A stretch of DNA of 64,000 bases. It comes from Gekko japonicus. Taxonomy: Eukaryota. The position numbers and the translations under genes were made by a program. The DNA lies in assembly GCF_001447785.1 (NCBI RefSeq), contig NW_015165830.1:2535303-2599302 (forward strand), written 5' to 3'. The notes under the pieces were generated by a model. It was not told the origin of the DNA and made no database searches. It was given only the letters and a program-made list of their open reading frames with translations. Positions 35,347 through 47,979 of the stretch are shown here, in pieces (the stretch's first letter is position 1; every line of letters starts with the position of its first letter).

Positions 35347-36567
35347 TGCTATTAAAAAACAAAATCCCTTCCCTCTAACCGCAGCCAGCAGGCAGACTCT
35401 GACTTGGAAGGAACTGGCTTCAGGAACTCAGTGTGAGTTTAACCCCTTGGCACCAAGCAGAGGTGGATCCTCCTCCCCTCCTGGCTTTGATGCCAGGATT
35501 ACATTCCCCTCTAGCAAATCATCAGACAGGACAGCATTTGCATGTGTGTTGTGGGAGAAAGTTCTCTGTGTCCCCTAAGTGGTGTGAAAGAAAAAACAAA
35601 ATGTGCCAAGCATCTTTAGAATTATGATGGGTACTGTTGCAGCCTAAACAGTGGCCGATGGAACAGGCCTGTTGGTGTGACTAACATAGAACCAGTGTAT
35701 AACCCTGGTTCACTGCAGATAAGCCACAACAATAATGTTGAAGATTACACAGCAAAGTGAAAGGGCTAGGACTGTGGACCATGAATTCGGAAGCCCTTGG
35801 TTCAAATCTTGCCTCATTCATAAACTCTTTTAAGTAGCTATAAGCTCCGCATTTCAGCTTCCTCATCTGAAATATGTGGGTAATGATACCAATCTACTTT
35901 CCAGGGTTGGTGGGTAAAGTTTTGGCCATATTGCCATGTGTAAAGCGCTTTGAATGATTGCTGTATAAATGCAAGGTCTTGCCTTGAATCACGGTTCTCA
36001 ACTAGGATTCGGGGTCCTGAACTAGAAAATCAACATTAGTCATGTCTATAGGCTGATCACACACTGTGATTATCCTTAAGAGAATACCTGACTCACAGTA
36101 GCCTCTACTTTTAGGTTCCAACAGGCACAAGACTGCTGCTCATATGCTTATCTGGTCTTTGCTCACCCTTCCTTTCCCCCATTTGCATGCTGCTGACTTC
36201 CTTTAAAGACAATCTTCTAGATGTATGTACCTACAGATTAAGGGCTAAACTACATTTGATATTAAAAATCCATGACTGGCTCTCCAAATGTGTTTTTGCC
36301 CCTTGAAAGTAACCTCTAGGAAAGAGATTCAGATCAGGACCATGGGGCTGTGCAATGGGGGGGGGGCAGGTATTCTCCTTCATGCCATTTTCCCAGTCAA
36401 ACTACTCCCTTCTAGGCTGTTAGCTCATAGGGAAAGGAAACAAGCAAAGACAGATCTGCTTGCAGCTGGAACCTCCCGCAGCTGCTTTTTAGGGCCAAAA
36501 CACATTGGGAGATCCAATCAAGGATCTTTCATGTAATCTGTAGTTTGACCCTGATTTTAGCAACTGA

Positions 36568-36655
36568 CAGCGCATTCCTAAACTGAGTTACACCCTTCTA
36601 AGCCCATTGACTTCAGCTGACTTAGAAAAGTGCAACTCTGCTTAGAGTGGCTCTG
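36568..36655. repeat. Short palindromic MITE (related copies at ~9158-9225 and ~19706-19752)
   Basis: gagttacacccttctaagcccattgacttcagctgacttagaaaagtgcaactct hairpin. Confidence 0.65.
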
Positions 36656-36783
36656 TAACCCATGTAAAAATATTTCCTCTGGCCTTACCCTTGACACTAA
36701 AAATTGCCGTTCATACTATCCCACGATAGCAGAATTTGATTAGGAACACAGAGCTCACTCCTTGCCTAGTGGCTGTGCTCTGA

Positions 36784-37318
36784 CCTGGATAACCCAGGCT
36801 AGTCTGATCTTATCAGACATTAGAAGCTAAGTGGGGTCAGCATTGGTCAGTACTTGGAAGCAGTGTTCCCTCTAAGCTGAGTTAGTGTGAGCTAGCTCAC
36901 AGTATTTTAGCCTCCGGCTCATACATTTTTACCTTAGCTCAGGAAGGATGGCTCCAGAGCAAACTAATTTATGCAGCAGCCAAATTGCTCGCTCACAACT
37001 TTAATGCCAGTAGCTCACAAAGTAGAATTCTCCACAGCTAAGAGGGAACATTGCTTGGAAGTAGACTTCTATTAGACTTAATATGTTTTAATGTGATTTT
37101 ACTCACCTGAGATTTTTATTCTTTTGATGTTTGTAAGCTGCTTTGAGTCCTGTGTTCCAGGGAAAAAGCAGCATATAAATATGCTTAATAAATAAATTAA
37201 TAGTAAGGAAGTCTAGGGTTGCTGCACAGATGTAGGCAGTGGCAAACTGCCTTTGAACAGCTCTTGCTTTGAAAGCCCTATGAGGTCACCGTAAGTTGGC
37301 TGTGACTACATGATCACT
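36784..37318 (+). mobile_element. 5S rRNA-derived SINE split by a MITE and an L2-like tail insertion
   Basis: gaagctaagtggggtc...gtacttgga 5S head; tail resumes ~37205 and matches the 50975 copy. Confidence 0.65.
36861..37053 (+). mobile_element. hAT MITE (206-bp family, small deletion), TSD cttggaag
   Basis: cttggaag at 36853-36860 and 37054-37061. Confidence 0.9.
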
Positions 37319-37473
37319 TTTATTTTAATGATCAGGTCACAACTGTCTCCTAAATTGATCTGACATCTACATTTGTCACCATATATCCATGGTATGTGGT
37401 ATTCCACATGGAATTCCTTCCCTTCTACATACTTTGTATATTGTGGTCCCCAGCTTACCAAACAAGTGGAATT

Positions 37474-37738
37474 AGAGGATGGAGTGAGCTCCCATCTCTA
37501 GTTCCAGCTCCTGCCAACGTAGCAGTTCGAAAGCAAGAAATTGCAAGCAGATAAATAGGTACCACTTCGGTGGGAAGGTAACAGCGTTCCGTGTGCCTTG
37601 GTGTTTACTCATGCCAGCCACATGACCATGGAAACGTCTTCTGACAGCGCTGGCTCTTCGGCTTTGAAACGGAGATGAGCACCGCAACCCTAGAGTCAGA
37701 TTCGACTGGTTTTCGAGCAAGGGAACCTTTACCTTTAC
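37474..37738 (+). mobile_element. Sauria (Squam1) SINE, 5'-truncated
   Basis: ctcctgccaacgtagcagttcgaaagc...ggaacctttacctttac tail. Confidence 0.85.
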
Positions 37739-39444
37739 ACTAAAAGAACTGTGCGAAGATGGGGGTTCCCTCCTTCTCCAGGGTGTAATTTGGAAAGTTA
37801 GAGGGATCCATCTGCTCGAGCATTCACGTCTGTTTACATGGCCAGGCAAGCACTCTAAGAAGAGTTCTCACCTTTAATGCACCCAAAAGAACCCAGGTCC
37901 TGCTCCTTTGCATACTGTGTGGGGAAGAGGGAGACTAGGGAGGAGCTGGAGCTGGAACATTTTGAGCTGGTTTCTAGCCAGGTGTTGGCTGCAGCAAACA
38001 GCTGGGAGCTAGACATATAANNNNNNNNNNNNNNNNNNNNNNNNNNNNNNNNNNNNNNNNNNNNNNNNNNNNNNNNNNNNNNAGGCGAGACAGTCTCAAG
38101 AAAGGGAAGGGGATCCAAGGACTGATTTAGGACACAGAGGAGAGATTATTCACAGGGCTGTCTGGCTTTTTCCATTGTTGAGAGGAGGTGTGGCTGAGCA
38201 TGCACAGTGAGGTGTTATGATTAGCCGGATGACAGTGGCCGATCCTCTGTTTTGCAGATGTGCATTTCAAAGGGGCTTTTGACTGGAGTTGGGGTTGGAG
38301 GGTATTTTTATGTTTTTGGAGTGTGTGTTAATTTTAGGTTAAGATTCTGACAACTTTTAATGTTGACAAAAAAATAATGTAATATTTTAAAACCTTCCCG
38401 TAGAGCTGGGGCAGTGGAGAACTCAGTCCTGGGAACTCAGCCCAGCCTTCAGCAGTGCCACTGGATCTCTTAACTCTCCTGACCCTCTGCTTCTTCGTGT
38501 TCCCCATGCTCTTTTCTTCGGTGAGTTTCCACCTCTGCTGTTCTGTCTACTCCCCTTCTGCAGGCTGCAAAGTCTGGCTGCTTCACCCCCCCCCCCCTTT
38601 TCCCCCCCCCCCTGTTTTTTAAATAGAGATTGGGTTGCGTTGTGACGCCCCGTCCACTGAAACGCCGATTGGTCCCTTTAATTNNNNNNNNNNNNNNNNN
38701 NNNNNNNNNNNNNNNNNNNNNNNNNNNNNNNNNNNNNNNNNNNNNNNNNNNNNNNNNNNNNNNNNNNNNNNNNNNNNNNNNNNNNNNNNNNNNNNNNNNN
38801 NNNNNNNNNNNNNNNNNNNNNNNNNNNNNNNNNNNNNNNNNNNNNNNNNNNNNNNNNNNNNNNNNNNNNNNNNNNNNNNNNNNNNNNNNNNNNNNNNNNN
38901 NNNNNNNNNNNNNNNNNGGCTGCAAATGCTGGCTTCCTCCCCCCCCCCCCCCATATGCCAGCCCTCCTGTCAGTCTTTACAGTCTCCTTTGATCACCTCA
39001 CACCTTCTCTGAGTTCCTGCTCTCTGATGCCAGCCTCCACAGGTTCTCTGCCTTTGCACTCTTTTCAGCTGTCCTCATGAACGGCAGTCCAGCCTTGAGA
39101 TCTTTCTTCTTCTGCCACCCACCAGTCTCTTTTGGCTATGAGGCACTTATTTATCTTTATAGCCATTTAAAGTCATAATGTGGTATTTCCCCCAGCCCTG
39201 TGCACCGTAGCCCCCACCCCACTCGCAAAAGGGGTCTTTAAAGGGTCTTTTTGTGAGCCAAGCATGCAGCCTGTGACCGCCCCTCTCCCTCCCTTCTGCT
39301 AGATTTAAAGGGCCCTCCAGCTGGTCCCCGCCGATCAGCTGAATCCCTTTAAATCAGGCAGGAGGGGAAGGAGAGGGGTGGCCCGGTGGGTGGTTGCTCT
39401 TGGGGGCATTGTTATCCAAACTGTCTTATTTTTATTAATAAACT

Positions 39445-39900
39445 TGGGGAATTATGAATCTTAAATGGCAATAGGCATAAAATATGGGACCATAACCGGT
39501 GTTTATGGGAGTTCCCAGGATGCAGGAATAGATGCTGAGGCTAGATTGCTAAAGTAATTATTTCTTTACTAAAGGTTCTTCAAGCATACAAACAAAATCA
39601 AGCATGCACACACACAATACAGGGCTAAGAATACAGAGTAGAAAGTATAGAGATGTTTGTATGAGTAGGAAATATCCAGTGAGACGCTTGGATCATGCAG
39701 TGAAAAATAACACAATAAGGGAAAAGGGATTGTGACTTGACCAGCAACACATGTAGACTGATTCCAAACTGGCCGAGAATGGAACCAACAAGGTAGGGTG
39801 GGGTCAGGAGAGGAAGAAGCAAGAGAGAGAGCGCAATGGCATAAAGCTCTTCTTTTATACCCATCTCGGAGAGATGAGGGGGTAGCTGTTGCTTTTCTAC
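39445..39900 (-). mobile_element. LTR-like fragment, truncated by the CR1 insertion
   Basis: Minus strand: TATAAAA (39853-39859), pyrimidine-rich R-like region, AGTAAA, ...CA end; no TSD seen. Confidence 0.4.
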
Positions 39901-42424
39901 AGGGAGGTAGATTGAAATTGTCCATTGAGACTATGGCTAGTGATATGGACTGCCTGACAAGGTCTCAAGAGAGCAAGAGGAAAGTTGCAGGCTTAACATG
40001 TATGGGAAATTATAGGTGTTAGAAGTGCTAGAAGTGTCCGAGGTAAAACTGGGGAGTTGGAGTGCTTGCTGTTGTGGGGGGGGGGGAATAGACATTGTGG
40101 GTATTTCAGAAACTTGGTGGGATAATGAAAATCAGTAGGATACGGTGATTCCTGGTTATATATTATATCGAAAGGATGGGGGGGAAGGGCTGGAGGTGGG
40201 GTGGCTCTGTATGTCAGAGAGGGTATACAGTCCAGTAAGATTGAGAGGGTAAGTGAACTGGATTTGCTTCTGGAAATGCCATGGGTTGAAATAGTGGGCC
40301 CAAAAGGAAGCTTAACACTGGGAGTTTGTTATCGCCCACCAGATCAAAAGATAGAGGAGGATTATAAAATGATGAATGAATTAAAGATAGTGGCTAGACA
40401 AAAAAACTGTGTCATAATAGGGGATTTTAACTATCCACACATTGATTGGGTCAATATGTGTTCTAGTCGGGAAGAAGAGATTGAGTTTCTAGACACTCTT
40501 AATGTCTGTGCTATGGAGCAGATGGTCACGGAACCTACCAGGGGAGAGGCGATCCTTGATTTGGTCCTAAGTAACACTCAAGACCTGGTGAGAGATGTAA
40601 AAGTGATTGCACCGCTTGGGAACAGTGATCATAATGTTGTTGAGTTCAACATTTGTACAAATAGGGAATTGGCCAAAAAGACTCACACAACCACTTTTAA
40701 CTTTAAAAGGGGTAATTTTTCTGATATGAGGGGACATGTGGGGAGGAAACTGAAGGGAAAAGTAGAAAGGGTCAAAACCATTGGGGAAGCTTGGAAACTG
40801 TTTAAAACTACAATTCTAGAAGCTCAAATAAAATATATTCCGCAGGTTAGGAAAGGCACAAACAGGTATAAGAAAAAGCCTACATGGTTAACAAACAAAG
40901 TAATGGAAGCTGTAAAAGGTAAAAAGGATTCCTTTAAGCGGTGGAAAGCTAGTCACAGTGAGGCTGATAAAACAGAACACAGGCTATGGCAAATAAAATG
41001 CAAGTCTGTGGTCAGGCATGCAAAAAGGGAATATGAGGAGCATATAGCAAAAAACGTAAAAACCAACAATAAAACTTTCTTCAAATACATTAGAAACAGG
41101 AAACCAGCCAGGGAGGCAGTGGGGCCCTTGGATGACCAAGGGGTAAAAGGAGTACTGAAGGATGATAGGGAAATGGCTGAGAAGCTAAATGCATTTTTTG
41201 CCTCCGTCTTCACTGTGGAAGATGAGAGGTGCTTGCCCACTCCAGAGCCGCTGAGTTCGGGAGGGGTGTTGAAAGACCTGAGTCAGATTGAGGTGACGAG
41301 AGAGGAGGTCCTAAAACTGATAAACAACTTAAAAACTGATAAATCACCAGGCCCAGATGGCATACATCCAAGAGTTCTGAAAGAACTCAATTGTGAACTT
41401 GTGGATCTCCTGACAAAAATATGTAATCTCTCCTTAAAATCAGCCTCCATTCCTGAGGACTGGAAGGTAGCTAATGTCACTCCCATCTTTAAAAAGGGTT
41501 CCAGAGGAGATCCGGGAAATTACAGGCCTGTCAGTCTGACGTCGATACCGGGTAAATTGGTGGAAACCATTATTAAGGAAAGAATTAGTAGGCACATAGA
41601 TGAACAAAACCTATTGAGGCAGACTCAACATGGGTTCTGTAAGGGAAGATCTTGTCTCACTAACCTGTTAATGTTCTTTGAGGGGGTGAACAAACATGTG
41701 GACAAGGGGGATCCAATAGATATTGTTTACCTTGACTTCCAGAAAGCTTTTGATAAAGTTCCTCATCAAAGGCTCCTAAGCAAGCTCAAAAATCATGGGA
41801 TAAAAGGACAAGTCCTTTTATGGATCAAAAACTGGCTAATTAATAGAAAACAGAGAGTGAGTATAAATGGGCAGTTCTCCCAGTGGAGGGGTGTAAGCAG
41901 TGGGGTACCACAGGGATCAGTACTTGGTCCACTGCTTTTTAACTTGTTCATTAATGATTTGGAGTTGGGAGTAAGCAGTGAAGTGGCTAAATTTGCGGAT
42001 GATACGAAGTTGTTCAGGGTGGTGAAAACCAGTGAGGATTGTGAGGCACTCCAAAGGGATCTGTCAAAGTTGGGCGAGTGGGCGTCAACATGGCAAATGG
42101 GGTTCAATGTGGCCAAGTGCAAGGTGATGCACATTGGAGCCAAAAATCCTAACTATAAATACACGTTGATGGGGTCTGAACTGGCAGAGACAGATCAAGA
42201 GAGAGATCTTGGAGTTGTAGTAGATAACTCACTGAAAATGTCGAGACAGTGTGTGACTGCAATAAAGAAGGCCAATGCTATGCTGGGGATTATTAGGAAG
42301 GGTATTGTAAACAGATCAGCCAATATCATAATGCCGCTATATAAATCAATGGTGCGACCTCATCTGGAATACTGTGTGCAATTAGGAGGTGGTGGCGGCT
42401 ACAAGCATAGACAGCTTCAAGGAG
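39900..42424 (+). mobile_element. CR1 LINE, ORF2 region; 5'-truncated, 3' internally deleted
   Basis: APE endonuclease plus RT; N-terminus disrupted at 40010-40200; deletion junction at ~42381. Confidence 0.95.
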
Positions 42425-42429
42425 GCTGA
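40201..42429 (+). CDS. CR1 ORF2 endonuclease/reverse transcriptase, 742-aa open segment (incomplete; likely non-functional)
   Basis: Motifs GDFNYP, LDLVL, SDHN, KSPGPDG, YRPVSLTS, DFQKAFD, GVPQGSVLGP, FADD. Confidence 0.85.
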   Translation: MALYVREGIQSSKIERVSELDLLLEMPWVEIVGPKGSLTLGVCYRPPDQKIEEDYKMMNELKIVARQKNCVIIGDFNYPHIDWVNMCSSREEEIEFLDTLNVCAMEQMVTEPTRGEAILDLVLSNTQDLVRDVKVIAPLGNSDHNVVEFNICTNRELAKKTHTTTFNFKRGNFSDMRGHVGRKLKGKVERVKTIGEAWKLFKTTILEAQIKYIPQVRKGTNRYKKKPTWLTNKVMEAVKGKKDSFKRWKASHSEADKTEHRLWQIKCKSVVRHAKREYEEHIAKNVKTNNKTFFKYIRNRKPAREAVGPLDDQGVKGVLKDDREMAEKLNAFFASVFTVEDERCLPTPEPLSSGGVLKDLSQIEVTREEVLKLINNLKTDKSPGPDGIHPRVLKELNCELVDLLTKICNLSLKSASIPEDWKVANVTPIFKKGSRGDPGNYRPVSLTSIPGKLVETIIKERISRHIDEQNLLRQTQHGFCKGRSCLTNLLMFFEGVNKHVDKGDPIDIVYLDFQKAFDKVPHQRLLSKLKNHGIKGQVLLWIKNWLINRKQRVSINGQFSQWRGVSSGVPQGSVLGPLLFNLFINDLELGVSSEVAKFADDTKLFRVVKTSEDCEALQRDLSKLGEWASTWQMGFNVAKCKVMHIGAKNPNYKYTLMGSELAETDQERDLGVVVDNSLKMSRQCVTAIKKANAMLGIIRKGIVNRSANIIMPLYKSMVRPHLEYCVQLGGGGGYKHRQLQGG

Positions 42430-43353
42430 AGTTGGTTCCTTATTCACACTTCCTTATTCATTCCTTATTCGTTACTTATTCGTGTAGTCAGAAACACTAA
42501 GGAGAGTGAGTCGGAAAGCTAAGGAGAGTGAGTCTGGACCACCACATATCATATACCCTCACATTCACAGGACTCTCCCCTTCGAGGGGACATATGCTGT
42601 ATCCTGGTCCAAAGCACGGTTCTGGTGCCAGCTGCTCCAAAGTGCAGTGCCCCTAGGACAATCACACAAGCAGACACTGGGGCCAGGCAGCACCCCAAAA
42701 GTGGTCCAGACCTTATTTTGGGGTTCAGAGCTTTCCAGCACTCGACTGGATGCTTGACTGCTGCGTTATCTTGATGGGCAGCAGGAAGGCTGGATCACTG
42801 CTTATTGTATTATGCAGAGCACAGCTCTTTGTCCTAGGCTGGAGAGGAATGTGTGTTTTTCCAGGTGAACTTAACACATGAAGGTGGTGGTGGGGGAATG
42901 CCTGTGTGATGGAGAGGCGCTTCCCTTATGACTTCTACTCAAGAACATCTGTCTTTTAGCAGAGCATGGCTTCCTTCTCTGGTCTGCTGCTGCATGCGTG
43001 CATGGAGGTCAGGGCTGCTGGTCTGCATCCTAGTGCTGGTATGGTTGCAAAGTTGCAAGGGCAGGAGGCTTCTGTTGTCGGTGGGTCCATATCTGGCTTG
43101 GCATGCTGCTTAGGCACAAGGCTTCCCTTGGCCAAAGAACATTCCATCATCCAGTATCAGGGCACTGCGCTTGGACTACAGTTCTGTCCATTGCCCTGAC
43201 ACACTCCTTTCATAGTTCAGCAAAGCAGTCATATTTAAGAGTATTTAATAATGCAGCCATTTGAAATGGGTGCATGGCAACAACATTCCCACCCACCCCC
43301 AGAACGCCCCCCAAATCCCCTCGCCAGAGTGACGAGGGGACCTGGCAACCCTA

Positions 43354-44278
43354 GTAGTGATGACCACAGGACTAAACAGCTTTAAAGGGGGATTAGATAG
43401 TGTCCCGGTTCCGGGGCCCCAATGACCACCAACTCACCCAACAGACCCACAGACCAAGAAGACCTTGCAATGCCAAATCCCAGCAACACTGCCGAGGCAC
43501 AACAGTCCGGGCAAGCCCAACCGCAAAGCGAAGAGTTGCGGGAAGCAGCAAATGAAGCCAGCGATGCCAAGGAGAAGCTGATGGCGAATACTCAAGCACA
43601 TGAGACCCTGCATGCCGGCGCTGGCGGCGCGGCCTCCAGCCGACAAGACCACCACCGGCACAGCTCTGACCACACGCCAGGCCATGGGGGCAGTGTCGGA
43701 GCTTATCAGGGGGGCGGGGCTAGGAGGAATGAGTGGGAGGCAGGGACGAGAGACCGTGCTGGGAGTGGGAGCTGGGTATAAAGGAGAGGGAAGCGAAGGG
43801 TCCGGGGAGCAAGGACGTGCTCGGGACTACCTGACAGAGGCTGAGAGAGAAGGAGTCCGGGAAGGACACTGAGGATCCGAGGAGCCGATGCACAGAGGTA
43901 GAGGGTACGGAGTGTCGTTAACTCCGTCCCCTACCTATCTGAAGCCCAAACGCTCCCCCTCTTCTTTAACAAGCCTCAACTTCCAGAGCCGTCGGACCTC
44001 CCCCCCCCCTTAAGCCATCACAGCAACGGGAGGGTCGACGCCAAAAGCACAAGACGGGCGTGACAGATATATTCACAGAGGATGAGTCTTATCTAGGGCT
44101 ACTAGCCATGGTGACTGAGGGGAACCTCCATATTCAGAGGCACTAAATCAAGGGAAGACCTCAGCCTCTATGCCCTGTTGTTGGCCATGCAGAGGAACTG
44201 GTTGGCCAGTGTGTGAGACAGGATGCTGGACTAGATGGACTATTGGACTGATCCAGCAGGGCTCTTCTTATGTTCTTA
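43354..44278 (+). mobile_element. CR1 3' end interrupted by a solo LTR
   Basis: ggattagatag|...|attcacagaggat; tail gctcttcttatgttctta. Confidence 0.8.
43401..44065 (+). mobile_element. Solo LTR, 665 bp, CpG-rich; TSD gatag/gatat
   Basis: TGTCCCG...CGTGACA ends; TATAAA at 43777; cleanly interrupts the CR1. Confidence 0.8.
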
Positions 44279-45009
44279 AAAGTTTATGGAATGGTTAATT
44301 TATCTGAGTTATGCTTATGGTCAATGTCAGTTGTTAGGGAGAAGGTCATGTAACAACTTCTTGTGATATTTGTAGGAATATTTCTGATAGGGTATACCCA
44401 AATGACTTACCTACATTCGGGCCATTGGCGTATCATATGTCTTACAACACTGAACTGGCAAAGACATGCCTTCCCATTTCAGATCCCCTTGGTCTCCCCT
44501 TGACAATTAGAGCTTATTTAGAAATGTACTCAGTGAGTGTCAGCCTCAGCTGCATTTCTGTTTTTGCACAAATCCTACCAGTCCCCATGCTATATCAAGT
44601 TAAGGAAAAGCTGTTGGAAGGGGATAGCCATGCTGTAGTTTGCCTAGTAAACAGCTCACAAAGAAGTTTTTAATGGGCTTCACAGATTTTAATTTTTGAA
44701 AAGATGGACAAAAGCTAGAATTTTAAATGGTCATAGAATAGTACAGTGGTATGTGTGAGAGAGTTGTGTTGCTTGTTATAATTCAGATCACAGGTGATAC
44801 CCAGTGGGCACCTGGGGCACTCATGTTACCCCAGTCCACATGGCAATCATAACATGCTAAGAGCATATGGTTCAAAGAAAATGAGACCTCCTACCCACAG
44901 AAATGCAACCTTGAGGGAAGGTGTCTGAACTGCTCATTACAATGTGGTGGTAACTGTGCCCTTATTGCATTAAAAACCAGTTCTCTGGAAAGAGAGTCTG
45001 GTCTGGAGC

Positions 45010-45440
45010 CTTTAAAACAGAAGTCTGGTGGCACCATAAAGACTAACAGCGTTTAGCTTGCTTGTGGGGAGGGCAGGGTACAAGTCCAATAAAATAAATA
45101 AAAATAAATACATTATCCAAACATGAGCTTTTGTGAGTCAGAGCTCACTTCTTCAGAAACGTATTGGAAGGAAATAGTTTTGCACACATTTTTAAGGAAA
45201 ATTACAGAGGGGAGAGGGAGGATTAGACAGAGAATTACGCCTGAAAAAATTATAATTTGATCCATGTCAAGCCTCGCTCTATCCCAGCTCCTCCGCCCTC
45301 ATCCTCTGTAGTTTCCTTATAAATGCACACAAAATTATTCCCTTCCTTCTGAAGAAGTGAGCTCTGACTCACGAAAATTCATGCTGGGATGAATGCTGTT
45401 AGTCTTTAAGGTACCACCGGACATCTATTTTATTTTGCTA
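45010..45440. mobile_element. Palindromic Penelope-like element with a hammerhead motif in each arm
   Basis: Arms ~45010-45230 and ~45285-45440 are reverse complements. Confidence 0.75.
45349..45384 (+). ncRNA. Hammerhead core, second family; stem I not formed locally
   Basis: CUGAAGA-A-GUGAG(CUCUGA)CUCAC-GAAA-AU-UC. Confidence 0.5.
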
Positions 45441-47979
45441 CAATAGACTACTGCTCTGGAGCATTTAAACCTACTGTAATTGAAGCAAACAATTCTCCAG
45501 AGCCAGGGAACAGCAGAGTTGCAAACAGTTTCTGTCAGGTTAAAGCAATAAGGTTTTTTTGCATTGCAGATTAAAACTACAGACATAGGCATATGGATAG
45601 ACATACTGGTTGTGCTATGCATGACACATTTTATATTTGCTCCTTACTGTCTCAGTTTAATTTATCATTTTCTAATCCCACCCTTTCTCCAAGGAGTTTA
45701 GGGCAGCATAGATCAGTCTCTTCTTCCCATTTTATCCTCCTAACAACATTGTGAGGTAAGTTAAGCAGAAAGAGAGTGGCCCAAAGTCACCTGATGAGCT
45801 TTGTATAGTGTGTGTGTGTGTATGTGTGTTTGTGTGTTTGTGTGTGTAAGGCAGGGGTGGCCAAAACTGTAGCTCGGGAGCCACATGCAGCTCTTTCACA
45901 CATATTGTGTGGCTCCCGGCAGGGTGGCTGGGGAAGCAAAGGGGAGGCATGTCTCCCTGATCGGTCTTCCCTTCCCCAGCCAGCGTTCCCCTTCCTGGGT
46001 AGGTTTGAGGTGGGGGGAGCAGAGAAAGAAAGCAACTTTAAATGTGTTCCCAAAGTGCCCCCCCCCGGCCGGCTTAGAGAAGGCATCGGTTCATACTTGC
46101 CTGTTTCCAGAAGTCTTGTCTGTTGCAATGAAAAATAAAGGGACAGAGAATAGTGTCTAGAAGTTTACCTAAATCACACTGTTCCAGAACCAGCCGGTCA
46201 AGTGTGTGTGTGTGTGTGTGTATCTCTTTAGCTGCAGTCCAAAGAGATCCATAATAGACCGAAAGGATTGTTGCATAGCAAGAAAGGAATTCAAAATATA
46301 AAGGAGTTGATGAGAGGAGAGGTGGCTAGCCTGAAGCATGGTCTTTGCGTTGGTGGTAGAATGTGGCTAGCCCAGGACCTAAAGCATGGTTTTTGCGTTT
46401 TATAGTTGAATCTCCAGGTGGGTGGCACCTTGCCAAACTGCAATCCCACCTACTTACAAATCCATACTATCACCTCCCTCATTGGTGCATGTAGAAGAGG
46501 GGCAGGTATTCTATTTGAAACTACACTCTATCTCATGGAATAACATCTGGCCAAGTGTGAAGCCTCGGCTTCCTGTATCCTCTTTGAAGTACAGATAAAT
46601 CTTGGCTTTCCCAGGTGAACAAGGTACCATCAACAGGAAACTGCAATTCAAATGCAGATCAGGTCCCTGTTCTGCGTGACATCTCGTCTCTCCAGCAATG
46701 GGGGAATTTCTCCTTCTTGGTTGTTTTCTCTGCTCACAATGGCTAACATGTGCTTCTTCTTCCCATGAGCCTTTGAGCTGAATGTGTGCAAGCTACATTA
46801 ACATAAAATGCAGGCAAGTGTTCCCTAAGTGAATTCTCTCACAGTAGGTGATGCAAACAGCTTCCTTTGGCCCATGGTATACAGATATGTGTGCACAGTC
46901 CATGTGTTGCGTGTGTAGCAGATATAAAACCATAAATTAGTCCATTTCTCAACACGGGCTTTTAGTCCCACTTTAACTGAAGGGGAATGCTTTCTTTTGA
47001 AAATATTTTGGGCTCCCCCTGTTACCTCTAGTAGGCTGCTGGGGTCATTTGGTTCTTGCCATGGGTTGGCATTATGCCTTGAGGGAGGGACTGTGGAATC
47101 TCTGCTGTTTGTCTTTGAACGTCTTGATGGCACCCAGGCAGGATTTAGTATTTGCCCATTACATTTCACAGCTCTCTGCTGGGCAAAGAGCAGGCAGTGA
47201 TCCTCACAAGTCCACAGTTTACCCAGTTTGTGCCAATGCCTCCTGGGTGGCATGTGGTAAGTCAGTCACAGTGCCTCCAGTGTCCATACGCTTTCTACTG
47301 CAGGGCAACAAATACCACAGTTTACTGGGCCTCTATCCAGTCCTTCGTCTTGGACGCCTCCTGAGGCTAGCATCCCTAGGACGTCTCAGAAGAGGCCGGG
47401 ATTATCCTGCAATTCCCCTCTTTCTTAATTGATTAACAGTTCTTCAAACATTCACTCCTGTGCAAAGCGTGTAAATCAAGTGGTTAGTAATTTATGAAAA
47501 CTGGACTCTCCTCTGCGTCTCCACAGAGACTCTTGTAGGCTAAGCTAATAAATATGCCATTTTCAAAACAAGCATAAATATAGAAGTTAGGGTGTTTCAA
47601 TGGTGTCACCACTTCAGGACTGTTTTGGTACTTACTAGTTTTGGATGTACCCAGTTCTTATTACCACATCCTCTATGTTTTTGTTTTCATTAAAGTTACC
47701 TTGTCAAGCCCTGAGGTGACAGAATGCAGCACTATCTGAACATCATTAAATTCTGGATCCCAGCCTCTGGTTTAGATCCAGATTGATGGCTAAAACCTGT
47801 AGACAAGAATCAGAAACAATGGCTTGTGGACAATTCACCCCCATTTTTGGTGAGTTGTCTAAATGTATAGAACCCACCTTGCGGACTGATTGGATCAATA
47901 GCAATAGGTCTCCCTCCCTGTTTCTCTTAAATCTATGTGACTATTGAAGGGCAGCAATAACTAGAAAGCTGGAATAATT

